Assembly (NCBI RefSeq): GCF_009914755.1
Contig: NC_060925.1
Source: the human T2T-CHM13v2.0 reference genome, Homo sapiens
DNA length: 64,000 nt
Strand: one strand, 5' to 3'
Part shown: in pieces, positions 13,546-27,912 of the stretch
Layout of the letters: the number at the start of each line of letters is the position of its first letter
Position numbering within the stretch: the first letter of the stretch is position 1
Notes under the pieces: generated by a model
Seen by the model: the letters and a program-made list of their open reading frames with translations, nothing else
The model's database searches: none
What the model was told of the DNA's origin: nothing
Program-made: the position numbers and the translations under genes

Positions 13546-15889
13546 AGAGGTGGAGAAGAAAAGGGGATGAGTTGACTAATTAAAATTTTAAGTGAAAATT
13601 TCTCCCATTTCTTTAACCATTCTTAGTGATCCAGAATGTCATACTGGGGATGGCAATAGCCCCTATTCCTTGGCATTTCTAAATAGCATCTCATGTGGAT
13701 TCAGAAAAAGGTAGTCGATGATATTTGTTGGTTTGACGTCTAACTGTGGGGAAGGGACTGGGAAGAATATCAGCGTAGGATTCTTCGATTTGCTGCTATG
13801 TTGATTCCAAGATGAGGCACTGCATCATCCTGCATTCCTCCTTGAAGCCTCACAATAACACAAGCAAAAGCAAGGCAATAGCTTTACTACCCTTTCATCT
13901 AGAATAATAAATAACACATCTTTACGTTTCAGGTTTTAAGATTATTGCCCATTCTTGTCTTTCTCACTGATTTCTGCATAATATTGATTAATAAGGTCAG
14001 ATTTTTAAACACCTGAATTTCTCTTTATGGTTATTTCACCCGGTAAACTCTGGGTCACTGAGATGTTTGTCTGCTCTTGGACTGGTCAATGTTGCCACTG
14101 CAGCTGGCCACACGGAAGGTGTTTACAATTTTCGTGATTTTGTGTTGTGCTTCCGAGATGTCTTAAAGGCTTTCCAGATGTACCCACATTCCTCTGCTTT
14201 GCCACATATGTTCCCTCATGATTATTTTGAAAAGCATATTATAGTCAAGAAACTCTCATTCTAATGCATAATGCATGAACTTGTCATTTTTACATTAAGT
14301 ACAGTTTTCACTTCATCTTAGCCAAAAGTCCGAGAAGCAATATTATGAAGTATAGTTTTCATATCGGCTTCCTAAAGAAAGCTGGGGTCCATGTTTTGCT
14401 TTGAAGCTGATGAGATGATGAGAAAAATACCTATGCATTGAATACCAACCACAAGATGTTAGAATGGCAACTTCTCTAAGATCTCAGTATGGTTGGTTTG
14501 TTAGTACTTTTATCTGCTTTACAATTTTCTTTTGTTTTCCAGAAAACTGCATAATTATCATCTACCCTTAAGTATTCTGGTATTTGTTTCATGATATTCG
14601 GTAAATTGACTAATCAAATCCTTGTTCCACTTGTTTTTAGGAAACATTACATTTTTAACCAAAGTGATGCTTTTAAATTATTCTCTTAAACACAATAACA
14701 TCTTAATAGAGTTACAGTACCCAGTTTTACTCTAAGAGAAAAGCAAGGTGAGTAAGGAAGGCACAGGGGCATTGGGTGGAGACACAGAGAACAAAGCATC
14801 CACACGGACTAGCCAACAGAAAGCATCCTGGCAATTTAATGAAGAATAAACGGTGACTTTAGTTTACATAGCAGTAGGTATGTTGTGGAGAATTACTCAA
14901 TCTGTACGCAGCCTCCTGCTGGGTTAAGTGTGAGCTAAGTTATTATTTTGCTTACATCTGCACCCTTGTAGGCTGTGAAAGCAGAGCTTTCTTTTTAAAA
15001 ATCTGTTTACTGCATTAGAGCAGAGTTTCCAGTTCCACACACCGGATTTAACACAAAGTCATTCTTGCACCATTTTCAAAAAGTAGTCATAGAATTTTAA
15101 ACTATTATAAATATAGACCAATTTAAAAATATAATTTCATCAGAAACTTTAAAACTTCCTTATTGTAAATATTTCCCATTTTACCACCTTATATTATCTA
15201 AATATAATATCATACATGGCATATACACTGCAGTAAATAACCTTAATGAATACCAAATATGGAAGCAGTGAGTCCATAACGCAAGAAACTACCACAGAGG
15301 TGGGCAATAACCATTAATTCAATGACTAAATAAACCTACCACCATTTGAAATAAAGACTATACTCCTGTCAGAAAAGCTCTCTCAAACAGAGAAGTCTCT
15401 CTATAACACAACCTCGTATGGTTCAATCCACTTTTCTGTTAGAACATGCCTGATGGATATGACAAATAACAATAATGGTGCCTCACTACAGCACTAACTG
15501 GGAGTTTGCAGAGAAGGCAGGCTGTAGTGCTTGCTCATCAGGAGGTGGTCTGTGCCATCTGAAAAAACTCTCAGGTGGTTCAACCCACCCATCCCACTCC
15601 TATACTAACATCAATGCTCTACAGAATAAAAACTAATAGGACTTTATCTTAGACTCTTACCAAGGAGTTTTTCCTCTAAGAAAAGTCTAGTAGTATGGAC
15701 CCTAAAATGGCACTGCATCAAACCGAGAGCTCCACTATTCTGAGGATGAATCCATGCCCTTCATAACTCCTCTCTTCCCTCCTTTGTTCTCCTTAGACAA
15801 TGTACTGATTGAGTCTTGTACCACAGCATGTTAAGTGGTGAAAGGAAGAAGAGGTAAGAGCAAGGAAGAAAAGGAAACATGAATGTCCT

Positions 15890-16275
15890 CAGCCAGGCAC
15901 TGTGCTCAGGCTTCACTTACAGAGCCCTCTTCACAGCAACACTGAGACTGGTGCTGCAGTATTCTCACTTTTCACAGAGAGCCATGCTGAGGCTCTGAGA
16001 CACTGGGACAAGCTAGTAAAGGACAGAGTTAAGATTCAAAGAGTGGTTGGGAGCGCACACTCTCAAGCTGGACTGCCTGGGTTCAAATGCCAGTTCTGTC
16101 ACTCACTAGCTGTGTGAGAGACAGTGAATGCTGTTTAATCTCTCTGGGTCTCAGCTTCCTCTTCTGGAAAATGGGGACAATAATAATGGAGAAATAAATT
16201 AAAGTTTGTAAAGCATGTAGAACAACATCTAGCTCACTGCAAGCATTATGTAAGCATTTGTTAACTGAATAAAAC
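15890..16275. mobile_element. Two adjacent MIR fragments in opposite orientation (about 15890-16030 minus; about 16040-16275 plus)
   Basis: gccaggcactgtgctcagg...ctgaggctctgaga, then gactgcctgggttcaaat...ctcagcttcctcttctggaaaatggggacaataata. Confidence 0.75.
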
Positions 16276-16747
16276 ATCTCAGAGTAAGGCTAAGGAAACC
16301 AATCAAAGGAGATTTAGTGAGTACCTAATATGTACAATATGTTAGACTACACAAAAGTAACTAGAGTGTTTAAAATAAAATGGAATTTCTTTAATTTGTC
16401 TAGACTATCACTATTGCACATTAGCTGAGCAAAGGAGGTATTGATTTTTTGTGGATAAAATTTCTATTTTTGTTATTCACTTTGCTTATGTCCTGTCTTC
16501 ATCCCTCATTACTAAGAATAATGAACTGAGTGTCGCTTATGTTTAACTCATTGAAATCTCTAGTGAAAGACTGACAATACCAACTGTCACAGAAATCATC
16601 TTTCTTAATTCAATAACAACTAACTATAGGGCAAAAAAATCAAAAGCCTTCCACTGAATTTACTACTAAACATTGCAATGTTTCTTTCAAATTATAAGAA
16701 AGTTACTCCATACAAAAAGAAAAAAGGACACAACTCATTATTCTGGG

Positions 16748-16815
16748 TTTTTTTAATTTTAGATTCAGAAGGTACATGTGCAGGTTTGTTACATGGATAT
16801 ACAGCATGATGCTGA
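16748..16815 (-). mobile_element. Short L1PA 3'-end fragment
   Basis: ttttagattcagaaggtacatgtgcaggtttgttacatggatata...catgatgctga. Confidence 0.8.
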
Positions 16816-19800
16816 ACACCTCATTATTTTGACATCAGGCCTTCCCCACTCTTCCTTTCTTATTACAAAAATTAATCATCATCTAATCCCCAATATTCTG
16901 AATTCAAAGAAGTGTTAAGTCACACATCAATATCAGGTCTTTACCTCTACTTTAAAAACGTATGCTTTTATAAGTGCACAGGAATAAGTGTATTTCAACT
17001 TCTAGTATATTTATACATAGCCACTGCATATACAGCAAAGTAAATTACTCTTGATTCATATTATATTTGAAAGATGTGATTATGCTTAAGTTTTTAAAAC
17101 TGAAGGGAATCTATGCTTCCATTTTAATGAATACTGCTCTATATTAAAAAGTGTGGCTTCAAATAATTTTGAATACTAGAATATCTGCTATCAAAGACAC
17201 AAAAACTAAAACGCACCCGCCAAGTAAAATCATCTTAACTTTTCCAGGTAATTTTCTTATACTCTCTATGAACCCATCTAATTTGACAATTTATGGCCAG
17301 TCATGTTAACATTTTCTTAGACTAGAACTGAACATGTTTAAATGATATCGTCGAATTGAAGGGCACAAACATTTTAAAAGAACACAACAAATCAAAGAAA
17401 TGCAACCACAAATCAAACACTATTCAATTACTCAAATAAATAATTTTGAGTACTCCCCAAAGAAAGCTTATAGATAATATAAATAGAAAAGCTGCTTCTC
17501 AATGTTAAAAATGAATTTACTTACCTTGGCCCTCTGAGGGCAGTATTACCTAACACATAGAAATTTCAGAAAACAATCTTTACCTATCATACTAATAAAA
17601 ACAAATTTCTTAAAATGAAATGGGCATATTTGCTCATTATACGTACATATTTCTTTCCTCATCATTATCTGTACCTCAGTAAGCATAATAATGCTGTTTT
17701 CAAATGTTTCCAGTGACTTTGAAAGGAAAGATTTTCTTAAAACCAAGGCATCAGGAAGGAAAATGCATGGAATCATCAGTATCACTGAAGTCATCCAAAA
17801 TACAATAAAATAAAAAAGTATATAAGAATTTTACATTGCATAAATAATCTAAGTTCCTGTTTTGCTCTCTGTAGAATAATTTGTTTTTAAAAACTGCAGG
17901 ACATCTAAATATACAATCTTTCAGTAAAGACAAAGTAATTTGAGGAGGATAACAATTCAGTTCCAAAGTGTCTTCTTAAAAGCAGCCAATACCAATACAC
18001 TCGTTTGTTACAAATCACTCATTTATTAATGAAATATAATGCAAATGACAAATTGGCAATGTGGAGTTGAAGCACTCACTGAGTTTTCATAACTGATTCT
18101 TACACTAAGAATCTTTACATAGCATAAGGATTATCCATTCTAGAATCTAAGTCAATCAATGTACACTGGGTGTTTTATTCCTTTTGCTATTTCACAGAAA
18201 GGAAAAGTTTTCTAGCATTCACTTATCAAAGTTTTTTTTTTATATACAAAACACTGAGTAACTTACCCTATATAATCCAGTGGTATGATAGACCTTTACT
18301 TTAAGAATATAAAAAGTGCTAATCTTTATGTCAGAGTTTTACATACAAGTTAATTAGTAACTATCCAACTTTCCAGGTCCCACCACTTCTCCCATATAGA
18401 AAAAAAAAAACAAAACCTAGCATTAAAAGAAAAAAAAAAAGAGCTTCTATTGAAGGAAGATAAAAATTATTACAAGCAGGTAAACAGCAAATTTACTTTG
18501 ACACAGCAAGATCTCACGTGGATGACACTGATTGCCATTTAGTAAAAATGTGTTTTATTTAGGTTTTGTATTTACTTTTTCAAAAAAGTCCTTGCTTCTA
18601 TAATTCAAAGTATAGTAGTTCTCCACTCAGGAACTATGCCATTATTTAGCATAACTTTGAATAAATTAGATTTTTAAAATTTGAACTACTAAACAGTCTT
18701 ATTCTTTTTAAAGTATATAATATCATGGATATTTTAAGATCATAAAAATTTAAATTCTATTTAAAATCCTTCTTTACTAAATCAAAAGGTAAAAGGAACT
18801 AGCTTAACAGTTGAACATACTACAAATTCAGGGAAGGGAATGAAGGTCATTTTATAAAATTCTTTTCTATAATAAATATATATACTTACGTTTAAATATC
18901 TCTTCAAAAAGATGCCAGGAAACAACAACTGCTGTTCTATGCGTTCTTCCTTAGAAGTATAAAATTATGAACTTTGATGCTGTGTTCCAGTCTCAAGCAA
19001 ATAAGTGACTTGCTTGGCCAAAAAAATAGACAAACTTCACGATTTATGCTTTTCCTGCCTTTGTATCTTAATCATCTTCTGTTCTAAAAAGTGCTACCAC
19101 GTTTACCCACATCTTTAATCAGATTTTTTTGAACTAAAACACATTAAAAAATTTAAGCCAAAACATTTAGCAAGATGCCTTAAACAATATGTCAGACAGT
19201 GAAATACTCTGTTTTCAACATACTGGCCAATATTTTTAAAAATTGCTATTCATGCAGTATTTTGATGAGGCACAATTCAAATATACATTAAAGCTAGAAG
19301 TTTCTGAAGTTTTCTGAATTATCCTGAAAATATACCAAGTACGGTTTCATTTATTTGTGAAAATGTCCTTACAGTTTCATCCTCATTTGTGATATATTTC
19401 ATAGGCTATGGATATTTCCACTTCTTTGGTACTGTAAGTTGTTTTTTATAAAAAACAACAAAAATTATTTGTTTATAAATTTAGACTGTAACACTTAACT
19501 ATCTGTCTAGAAATACTGGCATCCATCACCATGTGCCATTAAACATTAAAATATCCTTATATGAAGCTACTAGCACTCCATTCAAAAGTGAGCGTTATTT
19601 TTCTAGTGTAACCAATTTATTCTTTTAAACCAAAATAGAAGTTCTTAGTCACTATACCCCGTCCTATGAAAGACTCTTAAATACTAAATTAGGTGGCTCT
19701 CCCAGGTACAACAACCCTTGACTCATCATCCAAAATTATTCAGTAATATTTACTAGCGTGGAATGCCGGATGAAAACAATTTGAAAAGAAAAATGTAAAG

Positions 19801-20177
19801 AACCACCACCTACATCTGTATGGGAATTAATCATACTTTTAGGTTTACTGACTTCCTCATGTCGACCAAAGCCATATCCTCTTTACTTCTCTAAGAAAAC
19901 ACTTCTGCTTATCTCAGCACTTTCATCCCTATGTGAGCTTAATTAGTTTCTTCATCTGCAAAATAAAGAGTTGTGACAATCAAATAATGCTTTAAACCTC
20001 CATGAGGAGAAGAAATATTATTTTTAGCTAGGTGTTCCAAAGTCTCATTTTAAAGATAATAACCCAAATACAGCTTAAGTACTGGCCGTAGCAGAGAAAA
20101 GTTCAGCTCCAAAATAAACTGAGGTTACTTTTTTAAGTATGAAAAATAATTTTGTAGAACAAAATGTGAAATCAGCT

Positions 20178-20499
<322 letters not shown>

Positions 20500-20789
20500 T
20501 CATCATCACTAAATAACCACTAATACCATACATCCGAAATACTTTTATCCAACTGTTTTCTTTATATTTTCTTTAAATAATTTATTTCCCTCCACATTTA
20601 TAAAACAATCATATATCCCTAAATAAACATAAGGTTCCAAGAAACAACCTTCTATCTGTGACCATTCTCTCAAACAGCCTCTACAGCTTGGTATTCTTAT
20701 TCTATGATAGTCAGAGCATTATATAAATACTCCAATTGTAATAGCTACAGAGCTCTAGACTTGCACATAACACCTAATAAAAATACTAA

Positions 20790-20990
20790 CAGCTACTACT
20801 GAATTCATTCAAGACATTCTAAATATATTATCTCATTTTGTTTTCACAAGATCCTTGAATAGCAAGTATTGTTTCCTTCTTTCAAAAGATGAAGAAATTC
20901 ACATTTAAATAGTTTAAGTGACTATGAGTAAATTCACTCATCTAAGTTAAGTGATATTTAAATCTGGTCTTTGTAACTTCAAAGACATTC
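20790..20990 (-). mobile_element. MIR SINE fragment
   Basis: ttatctcatttt...tcacaagatcctt...agatgaagaaatt...tttaagtgact. Confidence 0.6.
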
Positions 20991-22299
20991 TGCCTTTAAT
21001 ATTTCAATCACCTTAATATGTATACTTGCCTGTACTACTAAGATTTAGCAAATGGCTCTGAAAGAATCAGAAGTAACATATCATTAATAAAGCATAGACC
21101 TGCAAGTTTGCTTGTGTATAAAAGTTGGTATAAGCTTGCTTTTCCCAGTCACTCATTAATATCCTGACCACTGACAAACCATACCCTCTCACTTTAATAA
21201 CAAACACCTTCTACTTAAAAAATGGCATACTGCTCGCCTCCAAACTTGGTAGGGATATTAGGATTGACTATGAAACTGTAAATACATGGACATAATCCTA
21301 CACACAAATATGGATATATTCATGGCCACCTATATAAAAGAAATAAATACATGAGACAAAGGAAAAGTCAAGGTGGCTGATGATTTTCTATGCCTTTTCA
21401 GCAAACACGGATTAGAGTCACTTGAGTAAAAACTGACGGTGAGAGAGAAAGTTTTTTCTAGATAGACCTGACCTCTATTTCTTTATGAAAAGCAGAAAAT
21501 AACAGATAACCTTCCTTTAATTCTTTCAGAAAGACATTACTCTGGACACGAAGCTCTGTCAGTACGTTGGCCTTTCAACCATGCTTTGGGCAATTTCTGC
21601 TTGATAATTATGCAACAAAACCTTAAATGTTTTAGGAAGGCATGAGTTCCAAAAGTCAACATAAGCACTTTTTAATTCTCCACACATATTTTTTTTTGAA
21701 ATGTTAAGTCCACATTGGGCGGAAAAAAGAAAAAAGGAGAAAAGTCAGAGCTTCTCTTTTTTGTTTTCTAGTTATTCCATTCATATTGATTGGTTCTGAA
21801 ATGTTACAAAAATTTTTGGTGTTCTGGAAAATAAGTAATATGGAAAATTTTTACCTAAGGTCACTGTTTCTTCTCAATTATTTAAGGTGAAAGTAATAAA
21901 CCAGACATTTAAGTAAACATGCTCACTTCCATCTAAATATAAATGTTATCACAGCATTTGAAAACATTCCAGATATATCAAATCTCTAACACCTAATGTC
22001 AAGAATGTATCAGAAGGAAATATACAACCAACTCATTAATGCTTGATAAAAATGCACGCTTGTCATTTATAGAATCCATGACAACCATGAGAAAAAGAGT
22101 ATGTACTGATCAAAAAGGCCAGGTTACTATATAACTTTGTTTCACAACTAACGACATTTAAGTTCAAAGTATTATGGAATTACTTACAAAATAAACTGGG
22201 TACTCTCTACCTCACCCCTAGTGGTAGGCTATGAAACAAATCGATTCAGTTTAAAATAGTTTATGTGCCGACTAGTGTTAAAACGTTCATGTATGCATT

Positions 22300-22883
22300 A
22301 AGATCACACCAAATCACCTGACTGATTCCTTCATCAAAAGCTCCTCTTGGCAGTTAGCAGTACACACCTAACATTAGCCAAACAGGTTATCTACCATCAA
22401 CACGGAGAAATAAGAAACTTTGTATTGCCATTTAAAGAAGTTGCTTTCTAAAACTAGACATGAATAAGGGAGAGAAGAGGAAGTATTAAACCCCTAAACT
22501 AATTAACGAAATAAGGGAGGGGGGATGCAGGAAAACAATGATAATTAGTATGTACCCTTGGTTAACCAAATCCACACATACATTCATTCTGTATATGCAC
22601 AAACATCAGCAGCATCATAAACCGTCTCAAGTTCTAGCCATTATTCAGTTCGACATCTGCACATGTTTATGCGTCTCTCCAAACAACCTCTTGAACACCC
22701 TGCTGGAGCTGTCATTTTTTTCTTCTCCCTATCTGGCAGATGGCAAGTCAACAATCGGCATCAACAGCAGCCGAATATCTCCCCCTCCATCCTACCCCCC
22801 TAAACAGACACAATAATAACTTCTTTGTGCTTCCCTACAATGCAGCTGCTTAAACCATTTCGCTACAAGGCTGCTTTGCCTTA

Positions 22884-22920
<37 letters not shown>

Positions 22921-23500
22921 CTGTCAAGTCTAAAAAGCAGCATAATGTTAAGCAAGCTAAAGCCACAGCACAGCTGCAAACGGGCAGACACATTGACAGC
23001 TCCTCCCTTAACAAAGCCCTGTGAATTGAAGGGGGTTCATCTGAGGCTCACACAGTAATTAGTATAAAAAAGTCCGACAGCCTCTATTATGCTAAGGGAA
23101 AAAAAAACTGGACAGAACTGGGCTGCTGTTTTGCGTCAAGAGTTCTGCTGCAGAGTAGATAAATCATGTTGGGTTTTTTCCTCTCTTTTTAAAGACAGTA
23201 ATAAGGAGGATGAGAGAAGCTAATTTGAAAACTTGGACACAGTAATTGTACCATATGGTGAGCATTTATCCTTTCTGAAATGCACGCTAACAGTCACTTA
23301 CATGCACACTGCTTTGTTTTACAGTTGTTATTCTCTCTACCATATTCATAAAATGGATTTGAATATCTGATACTCAAGATAAGTTGTGTGTAATTAGCAA
23401 GAGAACTGCCTAGGTTTAATTTATTGGCCTTGCACTGCAATCTAGTAAAATGCAAAACAAAATTAAACAATGTGTCCACTTTGTAAAGATATTTTTTCTT
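22300..23500. promoter_or_regulatory. Candidate developmental (neural) enhancer in a repeat-free intronic block
   Basis: No recognisable TE. Clustered TGACAG/CTGTCA, SOX (AACAAAG, AACAATG), E-boxes (CAGCTG x2, CATCTG, CATATG) and TAATTA sites. Confidence 0.6.
22886..22914 (+). repeat. A29 mononucleotide run not attached to a retroelement
   Basis: Direct read. No Alu or L1 body precedes it. Confidence 0.9.
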
Positions 23501-25964
23501 TAACTCAACAAAACACTAATGAATACAAGTTCATTGGAGTGTTTCTAAGTTAAGGCACAGTGTATTTTGAAAATTCCAACAGAATAAACTATAGCTGTTG
23601 ATAAGATTTCTGATATGTCACCATAAGAATAATTTTTCAGAAAGATCACCTGGTTTAATTTTGTATTTCACTGAAGCAGATGTAACTCTTCCTCATATAC
23701 ATCAGTAAACCTAGATGCAAGAGAAATTTCCTTGCATATGTCCTAAAAATTTTAGGAAAAGAAATTCTGTCATTTATTAAATAGTTATTAAGTACTCTGT
23801 GCCAAGCACCTATCTGGCACGGGGAGGAGAATATAGAAAAGCTTTCACATTTTTTTTAAATCTAAACATAAATTGACTTATTTTGTCTACTTCAAAATTC
23901 TATAAAAATCTACTATTTGAAGAAAGACTTTAATAACACTAATAGTACACTGGTTATCATGGCACAATATATATCAAAATATATAGGGAACAAGATTAGT
24001 TTAATCAGAAGTAAATTCACTGTAATGACATCTGTGTGACCCTTTTAGGTAAAATATTCTGTGTTTACTCAATATAAACTATGTTCTAAAACTGACATAC
24101 TCAACTAGAACTCATATGAATCCTTTAAATTTCAAGTGGAGTAAAATCACTGGTTTGAATTTCTACAGCATCCATTTGACCACAAGTATCCTTCTGATCA
24201 ATATTTTGGGGACATGAAGAAGCAGAATATTTTAAGGTATTGTTAGTTCAAGACAGAACTAAGAGTCCCTACTAAAGCTTGAAGTAATCTGTCTTTAGAA
24301 GAAAGACTGTGACTCCACCCAGGAAATTGGGCATAATTACGTTAAGAAGGAATGGCTTCATCCAGAAAGTACCACTAATAATTTTCTACAATAAATCTCC
24401 ATTTTGGCTTAACAGAAATAAACTTGGTCACCCACTACTAGTATAGTGGCTTCCCTTTATGCTACTGGTATTGGGCCATATGACCAATTTACACCTTGGA
24501 TAAAAATATTCACTTTTGTATACTGCTTTACAGTTTACCAAATATTTTTAAATATTAACATGGGTCTTAAAAGTTCATTATACTGGGCCGACTTTGGTTT
24601 CGACATAGACAGATGTTTTGATTGAGAAATATGTGACCAACAACAGAAGTCTGATTCTGCATACTTTCAAACTGGGTGAATCCTACTGTATTAACAATGT
24701 CATGATACTATCTGGTGTTAAACAAAAAATGGGATCATTCTCTACAAAGTGGAGAGAGATCATTCTTTTTCTAAAAATCTGCAGAAAAACATTACATAAT
24801 AACTCTTCTTGTTAAATAAACGAGGGAAAGAAAAAAAGTATTTTTAGAAGAGAAACTTTTCATTATTTTGAAAACAGGTTCAAAGGTGTTACCAAATGAC
24901 TTATCTTTTTATCACATATGAATAAAAAGCCATTCTTAGTGGAGAAAAAAAAATTGTTTCCATTTAGGAAAATCAAGTTGAGGATATGTGTGTACACTGA
25001 ATACTCCATTTAGTGATAATACTTAGGGTAAATGGGATGTGAATATAAGATCTGAAAATTTAACAGAATAATGATGGCTTTGTCCAGGAAAGGTGTTGTT
25101 ACAGCATTTGATCAAAAGTTTTTCTTAGTTAAGTCTGTCAACAATTTCTGAACTACCTGAAACCATTTTGATTATATCAATGACAACACTGCAGAAAAAT
25201 TTGTCTGTAAGGAAAAATTAAGACTGTTTTAAAAGCTTCTAATAAGAAATATTTGCCAAGAATACATGATTTTTAAGAAGAATTCTTCTTCATATAATCA
25301 CAATTCTGATATCCTTTACCTAAAGGGGAATAGGGATAATTAAATTAGAACAAAGCTGTAAGAAAATGTTCATAAATAAGAATTACAGAACCAAATGATC
25401 CTAGTGGGTCTGGTAAACATTCTCATTTTTATTTACCTACGTTGCATCTTTTAAGAGCTCATATCTGCCACAAAAGTAACAAGTTGCTGTTTTCTTATTA
25501 AATGTGAATAATTTCTCATAAGATCTAGCAGGTACCAAATACAATTTAATTTATAATGTATGGGGTATTATTAAATACTTGCAAATATTAAGTCAAAGAC
25601 TGACATACCACTAAGAAAATAATGCAGTGGTCTATTGATACACTAACAATGATGGCAAAACCTAATCCAAGACTTTGGGATGCAAAAAACCTAACATATG
25701 GATATGGACTTCCTCAGCAGAAATTCGAGTAATGCATAGTTTAAAACAAACTCTTCATTTCTATAATAAACACAAATCAAGCAATGAGAATACCTAACAT
25801 AGAATTTTAAATTCAGAAAGACAAGAAATTAAAAAGGATTACTTCATATTTTATAATGATGTTGTGGAAAAAAGAACGAAAAGAGGAGAGGTCATGTCTA
25901 GAATAGTATTCAGAAGCAGGCCTCAGCCAAATATTTACCCCTGATACTTGTCTTTAACCTTAGT

Positions 25965-26320
25965 GCTCTATTAGAACTCTTTCAGTTACAAGGAACAAAG
26001 ATCCACTGAAGCTAACACAAGTAAAAATGGGTCATTCTAATAATACTAACACTTCATCCAAAGAATACAGGTAGCCCTTTTGCAAGTAAGATCTGGAAGG
26101 TGATTAAATCACTTTCTTTTATCTTCTTCAGGGATTGTGTCAAGTCTGGCTTCTGTCCCTGGTCTCTCTCCCATTCCCCTCCCAGGCCTGGATGGATCTC
26201 AGTCTGTCTGCTCCATCTTCCACACTCTACCCACCAGCTCCTTAGCTCACTCAGAAGTTTTTTTCCTTCATAAACTCAGCTTGCTGCTACCTCTTCCAGG
26301 CAATGCTACCCATGACACAT
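25965..26320. mobile_element. Old MaLR LTR fragment (MLT1K/L-like)
   Basis: ttagaactctttcagttacaaggaacaaagatccactgaagctaac. Confidence 0.45.
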
Positions 26321-27591
26321 AATACATTAAAGAATGTGGTTTAGTGTTACTTTAGAAATGTTTAAGTAACTTCCATATAATTTCAATTTGTATTAAAGTC
26401 TTTTAGTATACTAGGTAATCGAAATGTCTTCCCAAGAGTCATACCCAGTGGCTTTTAAATTGTGGGTCAAGATTTTTAATTTTCAAGGACTAGGTAGTAT
26501 CAAAAATACTGGAAGCACTGGCAGACTCCACCTGATAAACAGGCTGGGTTCCAATGGTCATTGTCAGAGATTTAAAATTTAGTTTATCATTTTAAAAAAT
26601 TATTAATACAAATGGTAACTAGTTCCCACATGTCATTAGTTAAAAAAGCACTGTATAACTACTACTTGCTACTTTAATATTTGCTTTCATTCTCCTTACT
26701 TCATATGAGAGACAAGTCAGATATTAATATTACCATCAGTATTCTATGCTCAAGAGTTTCAAAGCTATAAGCACCTGATTAAAGAATGAGACACTGAGCA
26801 CCCTATCATTGGACGGCCACATATCAAAGATGTTATAAAAGAAATTTGAGTTCTGAGTTAAAGGTGGTATCAAACTGCCCCATAGGTTACTTTTAACACC
26901 AAGATTCTAGTATATTGGTGATTTTACAGATTAGGAAACCAAGATTTCAAGTTAAGACACATGTTATTGAACTAGTTCTTTTGACTTCAAGTCCAGCTAA
27001 TTTCGATCATAAAACATACATTGTACATTATACTTGTAAGAAATCCTGGAATCTCAAATTCCTTTTAACAGTACTTTTATTTTTAAAATAAATTATAAGT
27101 TAGAATCCAGTTATGCTGAATATGCAACATTTCTATGATTACACCCATTAAAGTATGCAAATAAGAGTAAGGTCAAAGAAGAGAGCTACATTCATTTTAC
27201 ATTGGATGCTATGCATAAGAAAACAGAGGACCTTTCCTTTTCAAGTAGAGTAGCAATTGCTCCTAAAACACCACCCAAGGCTCAGCTGAGGTGGTCTCTT
27301 ACCATTTGTTTAGAAGGGAATCTGATCTGTAGCTGAAGCAATTATGAACAGGAGGTAAGAAAATCCCCATGTCTTATAACCATTTCCAACATACACACAA
27401 CTGGGGACATGGATGTCCACAAGCCAACGATTGTATGCATTCTCTGTATCGTTACTTACATAGGAGATGAAAATTGGAAACATCAAGTGAGTCATGTAGT
27501 GTATTTTTAATTTATAATTATTAAATCTTCACTTTAAAGTTTTTTTTAAAAAAAAGCTATCTAAAGCCACAAACATTTTACCTATCTACTG

Positions 27592-27912
27592 TTTTGTTTT
27601 GTTTTTTTTCAGACAGTCTCTCTCTGTCGCCAAGGCTGGAGTGCAGTGGCATGATCTTGGCTCACTGCGATCTCTGCCTCCTGGATTCAAGTGATTCTCC
27701 TGCCTCAGCCTCCCGAGGCTGCTACCCTTACAGCTGGGATTACAGGCCCTCACCACCACGCCTGGATAATTTTCTTTTTTGTATTTTTTTTTTTCAGTAG
27801 AGACGGGGTTTCACCGTGTTAGCCAGGATGGTCTCGATCTCCTGACCTCGTGATCTGCCCGCCTCGGCCTCCCAAAGTGCTGGGATTACAGGCATGAGCC
27901 ACTGCACCCAGC
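27592..27912 (-). mobile_element. Alu, full length, with an ~16-nt non-consensus insert
   Basis: Reverse Alu. cccgaggcttgctacccttacagctgg replaces consensus cccgagtagctgg. Confidence 0.93.
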
